Positions 1 through 9,128 of a stretch of DNA of 64,000 bases are shown here, piece by piece; positions within the stretch are counted from its first letter, which is position 1, and each line of letters starts with the position of its first letter. The DNA is from Armatimonadota bacterium (GTDB lineage: Bacteria; Armatimonadota; SYMT01): contig JBKBRF010000036.1 in the NCBI GenBank assembly GCA_046292385.1, positions 1 to 64,000 on the forward strand, given 5' to 3'. The position numbers and the translations under genes were made by a program. The notes beneath the pieces are model-generated. The model did not search any database. It was not told the origin of the DNA and saw nothing but the letters and a program-made list of their open reading frames with translations.

Positions 1-41
1 GCTTGCACCTGCCAGAAACCATGCCGATGTACGAAGTGTAG
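1..41 (+). CDS. Possible 3' end of a gene truncated by the window edge (…LHLPETMPMYEV*)
   Basis: Frame 3 ends in TAG at 39-41, directly before a strong hairpin; too short to assign. Confidence 0.35.
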   Translation, partial: LHLPETMPMYEV

Positions 42-43
42 TG

Positions 44-98
44 GAAAGATTCAGCCTCGCTTGATGCTTCGCAGCCACCGCGAGGCTGAATCTTTCTT
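44..98 (+). terminator. Intrinsic terminator-like hairpin
   Basis: Perfect 17-bp inverted repeat GAAAGATTCAGCCTCGC (44-60) / GCGAGGCTGAATCTTTC (80-96) with a T-rich 3' end. Confidence 0.7.
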
Positions 99-187
99 AC
101 AAACTGCGGAACTTGGGCTAAAGTGTCCGCATCGGGGTGTGGCGGAGCGGCGGCGCGTGGAGGACCGGAGTGGCTGGGGGTAGTGTC

Positions 188-502
188 ATGCCCGGGCGAT
201 GGGCCTTGATTGGGCAGCTGGTTCTACTGTGGATTACTGCCTGGGCAGTGTTGGCCTGCATCTATCGGCGCACGCTAGAGCAGAGCCCTCCGGGTGACCG
301 CAAAGCAGTTCTCGTTGGTTGGATTGTGATTCTCGGCCTGCTCCCGTTCCCCATGCTCTGGGTGAAGAGACACTTCGGTGAGGCTGATGCCACCTACTGG
401 AGTGTGCTGCTGCAGTTTGGGTGGCTGCAGCTAGCGGCCTTGACGGCCTGGCTCTGGGTGACGGTGCGGGAGCGCCGGCGCCGCCCCACCAACGGCGAGT
501 AG
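188..502 (+). CDS. Small membrane protein, 104 aa, ~3 TM helices (paralog of 595-909)
   Basis: ATG at 188; three hydrophobic Trp-rich segments and an Arg-rich tail; aligns by eye with the next ORF. Confidence 0.7.
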   Translation: MPGRWALIGQLVLLWITAWAVLACIYRRTLEQSPPGDRKAVLVGWIVILGLLPFPMLWVKRHFGEADATYWSVLLQFGWLQLAALTAWLWVTVRERRRRPTNGE

Positions 503-594
503 CTGTCCGTACACCCGCAATCAGGACACATCTCCGGAGACTCCGAGAAGGGTCTCCCTTCCCGAGTTCAGATACCGATCGAAGGAAGCCGCCC

Positions 595-909
595 ATGTCA
601 AGTCACCTCCTCGTTCTGGTGCCGCTGGGCCTGGTGATCGTAATCTGCCTGGGTGTACTCGCCTACCTCATCCGGCAGGTCGTCGACGGAGTTCCTGCGG
701 AGCGTCGCCCGATGGTGCTGGTCCGGTGGGCGGCGCTCTATACCATCGTCCCGTTCGCGTCGCTCTGGTGGAAGTCGGCCCTCGGTGTGAGCTCCAGCTA
801 CTGGGCAGAGCTGCAGTTCTGGTCGGTCTTCCTCGGCGCTTCCTTGACTGGCTGGCTGTGGTCGGTGCTGCGGGACCGGCGGCGCCGCCGGCGTAGCGGT
901 GAGGAATAG
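595..909 (+). CDS. Small membrane protein, 104 aa, ~3 TM helices (paralog of 188-502)
   Basis: ATG at 595 after an AAGGAAG RBS; shares VLV.W, PF..LW.K, YW...LQF, LT.WLW...R.RRRR motifs. Confidence 0.75.
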   Translation: MSSHLLVLVPLGLVIVICLGVLAYLIRQVVDGVPAERRPMVLVRWAALYTIVPFASLWWKSALGVSSSYWAELQFWSVFLGASLTGWLWSVLRDRRRRRRSGEE

Positions 910-1024
910 TCCGTCTGATGCGAGAAGCACCGTGTGAGCAGCGCTGCTCTTCCGCCCGAAGGGAAGCCCCGCGCCGGCTCCGAACCACGTCTCGGTAGAG
1001 GTCCTTCGGGAAGGAGCCGGCGAG

Positions 1025-2062
1025 ATGGAGAGCGCTCTCGGGATCGGGATGATCGGGGCGGGGCGGATCTGCGCAGCGCACTGCTCCGCGGCGCGAGCAC
1101 TGCCGGAGACGGAGCTGGTGGCGGTGGCGGACGTCGACCCGGAGCGCTCCGCCGCGGCGGCGGAGCGGTTCGCCGCACGGGACTACACCGACTACCGGGA
1201 GCTCCTGGAAGATCCGGCGGTCGACGCCGTGGTCATCGGCCTGCCGCACTGGCTCCACCTGGAGGTGACCCTGGCGGCGCTCCGGGCCGGCAAGCACGTG
1301 CTGCTGGAGAAGCCGATGGCGATGAGCGTGGCGGAGTGCGACGCCATGCTCGAGGCGGCGGGCGCCTCCGGGCGCGTGCTGATGGTGGCGCACAGCCAGC
1401 GCTACTTTCCCGTGAACCGCGCGGTCCGGCAGGCGCTCGCCGCGGGAGAGATCGGCAACCTGGTGATGGCGACCGACACCTGGTACAAGCCGTTCTTCGA
1501 GGGCGTGCGCCCGCCCTGGTTCCTCGACGCGAAGACCGGCGGCGGCATGTGGCCGATGAACGGCAGCCACATGATCGACCGGCTCTGCTACTTCCTCGAC
1601 AGCCGCGTCGCCGCCGTGAAGGCGAAGGTCGGCAGCCCGATCTTCGGCCTGCCGGCGACCGACATGGGGATCGCCTTCCTGGAGTTCGAGAACGGTGTCT
1701 GTGCCACCCTGCAGCACGCCGGGTACCGGGACGGCGTGAACCGCTTCGAGGCGGAGCTGACCGGCACCGAGGGCCAGCTCCGGATCTGCGGCGACCAGGG
1801 CGGCGGCACCCGCTTCTGGCGCAGCCGCGACGGCCAGTGGGAAGAGCAGGAAGTCCCCGCGCCCGAAGTGCCGCTCCGGGAGGGGCAGTCGCTCCCCAGC
1901 CCCGTCTTCACGCCCCAGATGCGCGAGTTCGCGCGGGCCATCCGCGAAGGCCGCGAGCCGGAGGTCACCGGTCGCTACGCCCGCCACGTGGTGCAGGTGA
2001 TGGAAGCCTGCGAGGAAAGCAGCCGCACCGGCCGGGAACTGCGACTGCAGTTGGAACCGTGA
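1025..2062 (+). CDS. Gfo/Idh/MocA family oxidoreductase
   Basis: GMIGAGRI Rossmann motif; AGKHVLLEKPMA signature. Confidence 0.93.
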   Translation: MESALGIGMIGAGRICAAHCSAARALPETELVAVADVDPERSAAAAERFAARDYTDYRELLEDPAVDAVVIGLPHWLHLEVTLAALRAGKHVLLEKPMAMSVAECDAMLEAAGASGRVLMVAHSQRYFPVNRAVRQALAAGEIGNLVMATDTWYKPFFEGVRPPWFLDAKTGGGMWPMNGSHMIDRLCYFLDSRVAAVKAKVGSPIFGLPATDMGIAFLEFENGVCATLQHAGYRDGVNRFEAELTGTEGQLRICGDQGGGTRFWRSRDGQWEEQEVPAPEVPLREGQSLPSPVFTPQMREFARAIREGREPEVTGRYARHVVQVMEACEESSRTGRELRLQLEP

Positions 2063-2377
2063 TTCACCGCAGAGACGCGGAGAACGCAGAGAGAATCCGA
2101 ACGGGGAATTGAACCGCCAAGGCGCCAAGAACGCCAAGCGGGATGGGCTTGGCTCGCGTGTCGAGTACCGTACAGCGTCCCCGGGCCGAACCGATTTCAC
2201 CGCAGAGGACGCCGAGAGCGCAGAGGAGGGGAGGCGAGGGTTGGGCCTGGCCCGCTTCACGAATACCGTACAGCGGCCCCGGAGTATCTCCTTCTGGCTC
2301 CCCTTTGCGTCCTTTGCGCTCTTGGCGGTTGAAAAGGTTCGGGTTCTCTCCGCGACCTCGGCGTCTCTGCGGTGAAT
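2062..2377. repeat. Nested inverted-repeat (REP/MITE-like) element, CGCAGAG/CGCCAAG family
   Basis: Perfect 17-bp terminal IR 2062-2078/2361-2377; inner CGCCAAG…CTTGGCG arms; core shared with copies near 19005, 46660 and 49005. Confidence 0.85.
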
Positions 2378-2506
2378 AATGGCTCGGAGTCTCAACACGC
2401 GGGCGTGAAACAGACCCTCCCGTGGCGTGTCTTATCTCCCGATGCGCCGCGCATGCGCGTGCCCGTCCGTGCGCCTCGACCGCGCTGTTTTACCGACTGG
2501 AACCCG

Positions 2507-4930
2507 ATGAAGAAGTCTTTACGCGCCTGGCTTACCGCGGCGGCCGCGGCCGCCGGCAGCGCTGCCGTTACCCTGGCCGCGGCGGCGGCCCCGCCCGCCA
2601 GCCCCGCTCCGGAAGCGTCTCCCGCGGCGGAGCGGTTCTTTGAGAGCAAGGTCCGCCCGATCCTGGCTTCCCGCTGCTTCGGCTGCCACGCGGACAAGGT
2701 GAGCATGGGCGGCCTCCGGCTCGACTCGCGCGCGGCGGCGCTGAAGGGCGGCAAGAAGGGCCCGGCGCTGGTGCCCGGCGACCCCCTGAAGAGCCCCCTG
2801 GTGAAGGCGCTCCATTACGACGGCGAGCTGAAGATGCCGCCCGCGGGCAAGCTGCCGGACGCCGAGATCCAGGTGCTGACGGAGTGGGTGAAACAGGGGG
2901 CCGCGTGGCCCGCCGGCGCGGCCGTGCAGGGGGAAGCGGCGCTCTGGTCGTTCAAGCCGGTGAAGCGGCCGGCGGAGCCGCGGGTGAAGCGCTCCGGCTG
3001 GGTGAAGAACCCGATCGACTCGTTCGTACTGGCCCGCCTGGAGCAGGAGGGGCTGGAGCCGAGCCCCTACGCGGACCGGCGCACGCTGATCCGCCGCGCT
3101 TCGCTCGACCTGATCGGCCTGCCGCCCACGCCGGCGGAGGTCGACGCTTTTCTCCGCGACGACAAGCCCGGCGCGTGGGAGCGGGTGGTCGACCGCCTGA
3201 TCGGCTCGGAGCAGTACGGCGAGCGGATGGCGCTCCACTGGCTCGACCTGGCGCGCTATGCCGACTCCGACGGCTATCACGACGACACCGACCGCTCCAT
3301 GTGGGCGTACCGGGACTACGTGATCCGCTCCTTCAACCAGAACAAGCCGTTCGACCGGTTCACGGTGGAGCAGATCGCGGGCGACCTGCTCCCGAACGCC
3401 ACCTTCGAGCAGAAGGTTGGCAGCGCGTTCAACCGCTGCGGTCCCACCACCTCCGAAGGCGGCGCCATTCCGGAGGAAGTGCTGGCGACCTACGCGGTCG
3501 ACCGCGTGAACACCACCACCGGAGTCTGGCTCGGCCTGACAGTGCAGTGCAGCCAGTGCCACGACCACAAGTACGACCCGATCACTCAGAAGGAGTACTA
3601 CCAGCTCTTCGCCTTCTTCAACCAGGTGCCGGAAGACGCGCTCTACCGCGGCGCCGACGCGCCTCCCACCCTCCCGACGCCGACTCCGGAGCAGGAGCGG
3701 CAGCTCGCGGAGCTCTCTTCCGAGATCGCGAAGGTGGAAGCGGAGATGAAGAGCTGCGCGCCGCAGGGCGAGCAGGCCAAGAAGCTGGAGGAGAAGCTCA
3801 AGAAGCTGAAGGCGGAGCACCGTGAGGTGGAGAAGTTCACCAAGCTCCGCATCATGCAGGACGTGCCGGAGCGGCGCCCTACCCACGTGCTGCTGCGCGG
3901 CGACTACCGCGCCCAGGGCGAGCAGGTGCAGCCGGGCGTGCCGGCGGTGCTGGGAGAGCTGCCGAAGAGCGCGCCGCAGAACCGGCTGGCGCTGGCGCAG
4001 TGGCTGGTCGACCCGAAGAACCCGCTCCCCGCCCGCGTGACGGTGAACCGCTTCTGGCAGATGCTCTTCGGCACCGGGCTGGTGAAGTCGTCTGACGACT
4101 TCGGCGTGCGCGGCGAGCAGCCGAGCCACCCGGAGCTGCTCGACTGGCTCGCCGACGAGTTCGTCCGCAGCGGCTGGGACGTGAAGCACGTCCTGCGGCT
4201 GATGGTGACCTCCGCCACCTATCAGCAGTCGTCCCGCGTGACGAAGGAGCTGCGGGCGAAGGACCCGGAGAACCGGCTGCTGGCGCGCGGCTCCCGGTTC
4301 CGGCTGCCCGCGGAGTTGATCCGCGACAACGCGCTGGCGATCAGCGGCCTGCTGGAGCGGAAGGTCGGCGGCCCGAGCGTGAAGCCGTACCAGCCGGGCG
4401 ACCTCTGGCGCGAGCTCTCCGCGGGCGACCAGGAAGCGAAGTCGTACGTGCAGGACCACGGGCCGGACCTCTACCGCCGCGGTCTCTACACCGTCTGGAA
4501 GCGCTCCGTGCTCTACCCGTCGTTCGCGGTGTTCGACGCTCCCAAGCGCGAGGTCTGCACCGCCCGCCGGCCGATCACCAACACGCCGCTGCAGGCGTTC
4601 GCGGCGATGAACGACACCACCTACGTGGAGGCGGCGCGCGTCTTCGCGGAGCAGATCCTCCGCCGCGGCGGCGTCTCCACGGAGACCCGGCTCACCTACG
4701 CCTACCGCCGCGCCCTCGGCCGCGAGCCGGCGAGTGCGGAGCGAGAGCTGCTGGGGCGGGTCTACGAGGAGACGAAAAGCGTCTACACCGCGGACAAGAA
4801 AGCCGCCGAAGAGCTCGTCTCCGCCGGCGAAGCCCCGCGCCTCGGCGGCCTCGACGTGAGCGAGCTCGCCGCCTGGACCTGCGTCGCGAACGCGATCCTG
4901 AACCTGGACGAGACGATTACGCGAGAGTGA
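2507..4930 (+). CDS. Planctomycete cytochrome c + DUF1549 (PSCyt2) + DUF1553 (PSD1) protein
   Basis: Signal peptide; CFGCH and CSQCHDHKYDP heme motifs; WLDLARYADS, PSHPELLDWLA, TNTPLQA; probable ATG at 2507. Confidence 0.93.
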   Translation: MKKSLRAWLTAAAAAAGSAAVTLAAAAAPPASPAPEASPAAERFFESKVRPILASRCFGCHADKVSMGGLRLDSRAAALKGGKKGPALVPGDPLKSPLVKALHYDGELKMPPAGKLPDAEIQVLTEWVKQGAAWPAGAAVQGEAALWSFKPVKRPAEPRVKRSGWVKNPIDSFVLARLEQEGLEPSPYADRRTLIRRASLDLIGLPPTPAEVDAFLRDDKPGAWERVVDRLIGSEQYGERMALHWLDLARYADSDGYHDDTDRSMWAYRDYVIRSFNQNKPFDRFTVEQIAGDLLPNATFEQKVGSAFNRCGPTTSEGGAIPEEVLATYAVDRVNTTTGVWLGLTVQCSQCHDHKYDPITQKEYYQLFAFFNQVPEDALYRGADAPPTLPTPTPEQERQLAELSSEIAKVEAEMKSCAPQGEQAKKLEEKLKKLKAEHREVEKFTKLRIMQDVPERRPTHVLLRGDYRAQGEQVQPGVPAVLGELPKSAPQNRLALAQWLVDPKNPLPARVTVNRFWQMLFGTGLVKSSDDFGVRGEQPSHPELLDWLADEFVRSGWDVKHVLRLMVTSATYQQSSRVTKELRAKDPENRLLARGSRFRLPAELIRDNALAISGLLERKVGGPSVKPYQPGDLWRELSAGDQEAKSYVQDHGPDLYRRGLYTVWKRSVLYPSFAVFDAPKREVCTARRPITNTPLQAFAAMNDTTYVEAARVFAEQILRRGGVSTETRLTYAYRRALGREPASAERELLGRVYEETKSVYTADKKAAEELVSAGEAPRLGGLDVSELAAWTCVANAILNLDETITRE

Positions 4931-4937
4931 TCTCGCG

Positions 4938-5101
4938 AGGGTGTAGCGGTTAGGGTGTAGCGTGTAGGTCTGTGGGCGCGGAGTGCACCATTCGAATGCA
5001 GCAGCGTTCACCAGTGTCCCGGCCGAATGACCCGAACCCACCTTCGACAAGTGAGACGAGCGACCGATCTCCTAAACGCTACCCCCTACACGCTAAACGC
5101 T
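4938..5101. repeat. Inverted pair of heptamer arrays (AGGGTGT-like / ACACCCT-like)
   Basis: 4938-4968 is approximately the reverse complement of 5071-5101; ~100-bp spacer. Confidence 0.8.
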
Positions 5102-5137
5102 CCGCGACCATCCCTGCCGGACCCAAGAGATAGCCGT

Positions 5138-6601
5138 ATGAACGAGAGTAACAACCTTAACCTGATGCTAACGCGTCGTGCGCTGCTGGGGCGCGGATCG
5201 ACCGGAATCGGGGTGGTGGCGCTGGCGTCGCTGCTGAACGAGGGGCTCTTCGCGGCTCCGGCCGCGGCGGCCGGGCCGGCGGCGCCCGGCATGGGCAGCG
5301 CGCTGCAGGCGCTGCACGTGCCGGCGAAGGCGAAGCGGGTAATCTACCTGTTCCAGTCCGGCGGGCCGTCGCACCTCGACCTGTTCGATTGGAAGCCGCA
5401 GCTCGCCAAGCATCGCGGGATCGACCTCCCGGACTCGGTGCGCATGGGACAGCGGATCACCGGCATGACCTCCGGGCAGAAGACGCTGCCGGTGGCGCCG
5501 ACGATCTTCAAGTTCGCCCAGCACGGCCAGGGCGGCGCCTGGTTCAGCGACCTGGTGCCGCACACCGCGAGCATTGCGGACGACCTCTGCATCGTGCGGA
5601 CGGTCAACACGGAGGCGATCAACCACGACCCGGCCGTCACCTTCATGCAGACCGGGGCCCAGCTCCCCGGCCGTCCCACGCTCGGCGCCTGGCTCTCCTA
5701 CGGTCTCGGCAGCACCAATCGCGACCTCCCCGGCTTCGTCGTGCTCACCTCGGGCCAGGTGGGCCAGAACCTGCACACGCGCTACTGGGAGGCCGGCTTC
5801 CTGCCCACGGAGCACCAGGGGGTTCAGTTCCGGCCGACCGGCGACCCGATCCTCTTCGTCTCCGACCCGAAGGGCATGAGCCGCCCCGTCCGCAGGACGA
5901 TCCTCGACGCGGTGCGCGACGTGAACAAGCTGAAGCTGGAGTCGTTCGGCGACCCGGAGATCGCCACGCGCATCGAGCAGTACGAGCTGGCCTATCGGAT
6001 GCAGGCGTCCGTGCCGGAGCTGATGGACACCTCCAAGGAGCCGGAGAGCACGTTCGAGCTGTACGGTCCGGACGCGCGCAAGCCCGGGTCGTTCGCGGCC
6101 AACTGCCTGCTGGCGCGCCGCCTGGCGGAGCGGAACGTCCGCTTCATCCAGCTCTACCACCGCGACTGGGACCACCACGGCGGCCTGCCCGGCGGTATCC
6201 GCGACCAGGCAAAGCAGACCGACCAGCCCTCCGCGGCGCTGGTGAAGGACCTGAAGCAGCGCGGGCTGCTGGAAGACACCCTGGTGATCTGGGGCGGCGA
6301 GTTCGGCCGCACCGTCTACAGCCAGGGCGACCTGACCGAGACCAACTACGGGCGCGATCACCACGGCCGCTGCTTCACCGTCTGGATGGCGGGCGGCGGC
6401 GTGAAGCCGGGGGTGGTGTACGGCGAGACGGACGACTTCGGCTACAACATCGTCAAGGACGGCGTCCACATCCACGACTTCCACGCCACCGTCCTGCACC
6501 TGCTCGGCATCGACCACACGCGGATGACCTACCGCTTCCAGGGCCGCGACTACCGCCTGACCGACATCGCCGGCAGCGTGGTCCAGCCGCTCATTGGTTA
6601 G
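5138..6601 (+). CDS. DUF1501 domain protein (Tat-like signal)
   Basis: TRRALL; AKRVIYLFQSGGPSHLDLFD; WGGEFGRT; GRDHH; standard partner of DUF1553 genes. Confidence 0.93.
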   Translation: MNESNNLNLMLTRRALLGRGSTGIGVVALASLLNEGLFAAPAAAAGPAAPGMGSALQALHVPAKAKRVIYLFQSGGPSHLDLFDWKPQLAKHRGIDLPDSVRMGQRITGMTSGQKTLPVAPTIFKFAQHGQGGAWFSDLVPHTASIADDLCIVRTVNTEAINHDPAVTFMQTGAQLPGRPTLGAWLSYGLGSTNRDLPGFVVLTSGQVGQNLHTRYWEAGFLPTEHQGVQFRPTGDPILFVSDPKGMSRPVRRTILDAVRDVNKLKLESFGDPEIATRIEQYELAYRMQASVPELMDTSKEPESTFELYGPDARKPGSFAANCLLARRLAERNVRFIQLYHRDWDHHGGLPGGIRDQAKQTDQPSAALVKDLKQRGLLEDTLVIWGGEFGRTVYSQGDLTETNYGRDHHGRCFTVWMAGGGVKPGVVYGETDDFGYNIVKDGVHIHDFHATVLHLLGIDHTRMTYRFQGRDYRLTDIAGSVVQPLIG

Positions 6602-6648
6602 TCGCAGCCGGCTGCTTCGGTAGGGGAGGAGCGAGTCCGGCTAGGACT

Positions 6649-6739
6649 GAGTGGGAGCAAGGGAGAGTGGGGGAGTGGGAGTTCCGAACCTGCCGGGGTA
6701 CGAACACTCCTACTCCTTCTTATTCTCCTACTCTTACTC
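6649..6739. repeat. Short tandem arrays GAGTGGGA and (ACTCCT/ACTCTT)n
   Basis: Related units also at 20414-20448, 23750-23785, 14657-14682 and 61105-61130. Confidence 0.65.
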
Positions 6740-7019
6740 GGAAGCGCTTCGGAATGGCTGTTCGCACCGTAAGGAATTCGCCGGGAGCCGTTTCCTACGG
6801 ACGCTTGCCGCTTCGACCGAGCGCTCCCAGCCTAAGACGGCAGCGCTCCGCTCCCTCAAGCTGGCCACGCGCTAGAGGGGGTAAGCAGGATGTACTACCG
6901 GGTTTCTGCCTCGGATCGAGGTCGAGTCCACGGAGAGCGAAGCCAGACTGTTCCGGCCCAGACCTGCCGGGCCGGATGCACGGCAGTCTTTGCGGCGCAC
7001 CCCAGAGGGGAACAGGCCC

Positions 7020-7859
7020 ATGGTGATCTACGGGCTCGACTTCACTAGCTCGCCCAGGCCCGGCAAGCCGCTGTACTGCATTGAATGCCGTCTTCGGGGC
7101 GAGACCCTGGAGCTTAAGCGCGTGCATCGGCTGCCGACCCTCTCCGCATTCGAGAAGTCCCTGCGCGTCTCGGGCCCCTGGATCGCGGGATTCGACTTCC
7201 CGTTCGGTCAGCCGCGAAAGCTGATTGAGAACCTCGGCTGGCCCACCTGCTGGGATGGTTACGTGCACCGTATCGGGAGCATGACACGGCCCGAGTGGCG
7301 CAAGGTCTTGGGCGCGTACTGTTCCGCACGACCGCAAAGGGACAAGTACCATCCACGGGCCACGGACGTCCCGGCGGGCGCGGCCTGCGCGATGAATCCT
7401 GTCCGTCCGCCGGTGGCCCTGATGTTTTATGAGGGCGCTCCGCGTCTCCTACGCGCCGGCCTCTCCGTGTTGCCCTGCCGACCGTCCGAAAGCGACCGGA
7501 TCGCGATCGAGGCCTATCCCGCGCTGGTAGCGCGGCGATGGGTCGGGCGCGTTTCCTATAAGCAGGATCAGAGGTCAAAACAGAGTTCCGATCAAGCTGC
7601 AACTCGCCGCACCATCGTAAACGGTCTTTCGTCGGGGGAGTGCGAGAGAGCCTATGGTTTCCGGGTCGCGATGCTTCCGGGAATGGCGGAGAGCCTGGTC
7701 GAGGACGGTACGGCGGATCGGCTCGACTCGCTCCTCTGCGCGGTACAGGCGGCGTGGGCCTACACGCGCCGCGACTGCGGGTGGGGGATCCCCCGTGATG
7801 CCGATTCGCTCGAGGGCTGGATCGCGGACCCCTCGCTGGAGCGTACGCCCTTAGAGTGA
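7020..7859 (+). CDS. DUF429 family protein (predicted RNase H-like nuclease fold)
   Basis: IYGLDFTS, GFDFPFG, IEAYPA and DRLDSLLCA motifs. Confidence 0.8.
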   Translation: MVIYGLDFTSSPRPGKPLYCIECRLRGETLELKRVHRLPTLSAFEKSLRVSGPWIAGFDFPFGQPRKLIENLGWPTCWDGYVHRIGSMTRPEWRKVLGAYCSARPQRDKYHPRATDVPAGAACAMNPVRPPVALMFYEGAPRLLRAGLSVLPCRPSESDRIAIEAYPALVARRWVGRVSYKQDQRSKQSSDQAATRRTIVNGLSSGECERAYGFRVAMLPGMAESLVEDGTADRLDSLLCAVQAAWAYTRRDCGWGIPRDADSLEGWIADPSLERTPLE

Positions 7860-8054
7860 CAGGGCGGGCTTTCGACGCGCGAGCTCGCCTCCGCTGCTCT
7901 CGTACTCCCGGGCGGGTCCATCTCCGACCGCCCGCTTGGCCTGCAGGCGCCTGGAGCGCGCCCAACCATTCCCGCGCTCGACTCGTGTCTGCTTTCTCCA
8001 GACCGGGTATGTCCCTGGTGGGCCGCTCGGTAGGGCGGCTAGGAGGAGGACGAG

Positions 8055-8234
8055 ATGCATAAGGATGAGGTCAAGGGCAAGCTGAAGGAAGCCGAGGGCC
8101 GGCTCCAGGACGCCTGGGGCGACGTGACGAACGATCCGGAGCACGACGCCGAGGGTAAGGCGAAGCAGACGGAAGGCAAGATCCAGCAGGGTGTCGGCAA
8201 GGTGAAGGATGCGCTCCACCGCGCCATCGACTAG
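8055..8234 (+). CDS. CsbD family stress protein, 59 aa (absent from the ORF track)
   Basis: AGGAGG RBS; MHKDEVKGKLKEAEGRLQDAWGDVTND…EGKAKQTEGKIQQGVGKVKD; TAG at 8232-8234. Confidence 0.9.
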   Translation: MHKDEVKGKLKEAEGRLQDAWGDVTNDPEHDAEGKAKQTEGKIQQGVGKVKDALHRAID

Positions 8235-8258
8235 GCGAGCCGCGCCTTTCGCATACCG

Positions 8259-8282
8259 GGGGTCCGGCTTTATGCCGGGCCC
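8259..8282. terminator. Hairpin between convergent genes
   Basis: GGGTCCGGC-loop-GCCGGGCCC. Confidence 0.5.
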
Positions 8283-8314
8283 TCGCTGCATTTAGAGCCT
8301 ATCAGGATCGGCTC

Positions 8315-9106
8315 TTAGCGGGCGGCGCGGACGGGGAAGCCTTCTTCCGCCAGCGACAGCGGCATCCGGGCGGGGACCGGTTTGCGGGCGACGCAGAGGA
8401 TGCTCAATCCGAACGGGAGCGGCAAGCGCCGGGCGAGCGCCAGCTCCGCGTCCTGGAACCGGATCAGCGCGCGGTTCACAATGGGCGGGACCTGCGGCAG
8501 CTTCGCCGACTCCCCGCTGCGGCTCCGGCTCGCCAGGCGAGCGGCGACCGCCAGAGGGAAGAGGCCGCTCAGCAGATAGGTCTGCTTCTCCACGTGCAGG
8601 CCGGAGCGCCGTACCAGCTCCCGGAACTGCGAGCCGTGGTAGCGCCGCTGGTGATGCAGCGCCTCGTCGTGGGGACCCCAGAGCGCCTGGTACGCGGGCA
8701 CGCTCGCTACCAGAATGCCGCCGGGGCGCAGCACGCGCGCCAGCTCTTCCACGGCGCGCTGGTCGTCCGGCACGTGCTCCACCACGTCGAGCGCGGTGAC
8801 CACGTCGTAGGTCCCGGTGCGGAACGGCAGGACGGTCAGGTCACCACCCGCCAGGCGGCGATGCCCGCGGCTGCGGCTGAAATGGAGCGCGTCCGGGGAG
8901 AGGTCGATCCCGTACGCCTCGACCTCGGGCCAATCACGGAAGAGGTCCAGCATCCCGCCGGTGCCGCAGCCGGCATCCAGGATGCGCAGGGGCCGCTCCG
9001 CGGGGGCGTGGTCCAGGATGAAGCGCGCCGCCGCCTTGCGCCGGGCGACGAACCACCAGTACCAGTCCTCCAGCGCGTGCATGCGCTCGTATTCGACGGG
9101 GTTCAT
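8315..9106 (-). CDS. Class I SAM-dependent methyltransferase
   Basis: ILDAGCGTG; LDVVEHV; VLRPGG; YWWF and H.RRY motifs typical of glycosylation-locus MTases. Confidence 0.92.
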   Translation of the reverse strand: MNPVEYERMHALEDWYWWFVARRKAAARFILDHAPAERPLRILDAGCGTGGMLDLFRDWPEVEAYGIDLSPDALHFSRSRGHRRLAGGDLTVLPFRTGTYDVVTALDVVEHVPDDQRAVEELARVLRPGGILVASVPAYQALWGPHDEALHHQRRYHGSQFRELVRRSGLHVEKQTYLLSGLFPLAVAARLASRSRSGESAKLPQVPPIVNRALIRFQDAELALARRLPLPFGLSILCVARKPVPARMPLSLAEEGFPVRAAR

Positions 9107-9128
9107 ACCGGCTTCCGCGGCGTCGGGA

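Noticed and set aside
1..183. Cys-rich frame-1 peptide ACTCQKPCRCTKCSGK…
   Set aside because: It reads through the terminator hairpin and has no visible start; the frame-3 stop just before the hairpin is the simpler reading. It cannot be settled at the window edge.
2109..2379. Short ORFs over the nested repeats (also 18807-19160 and 48925-49212)
   Set aside because: They are translations of the repeat arms (AKSAKDAK, TAEDAESAE) with no independent coding evidence.
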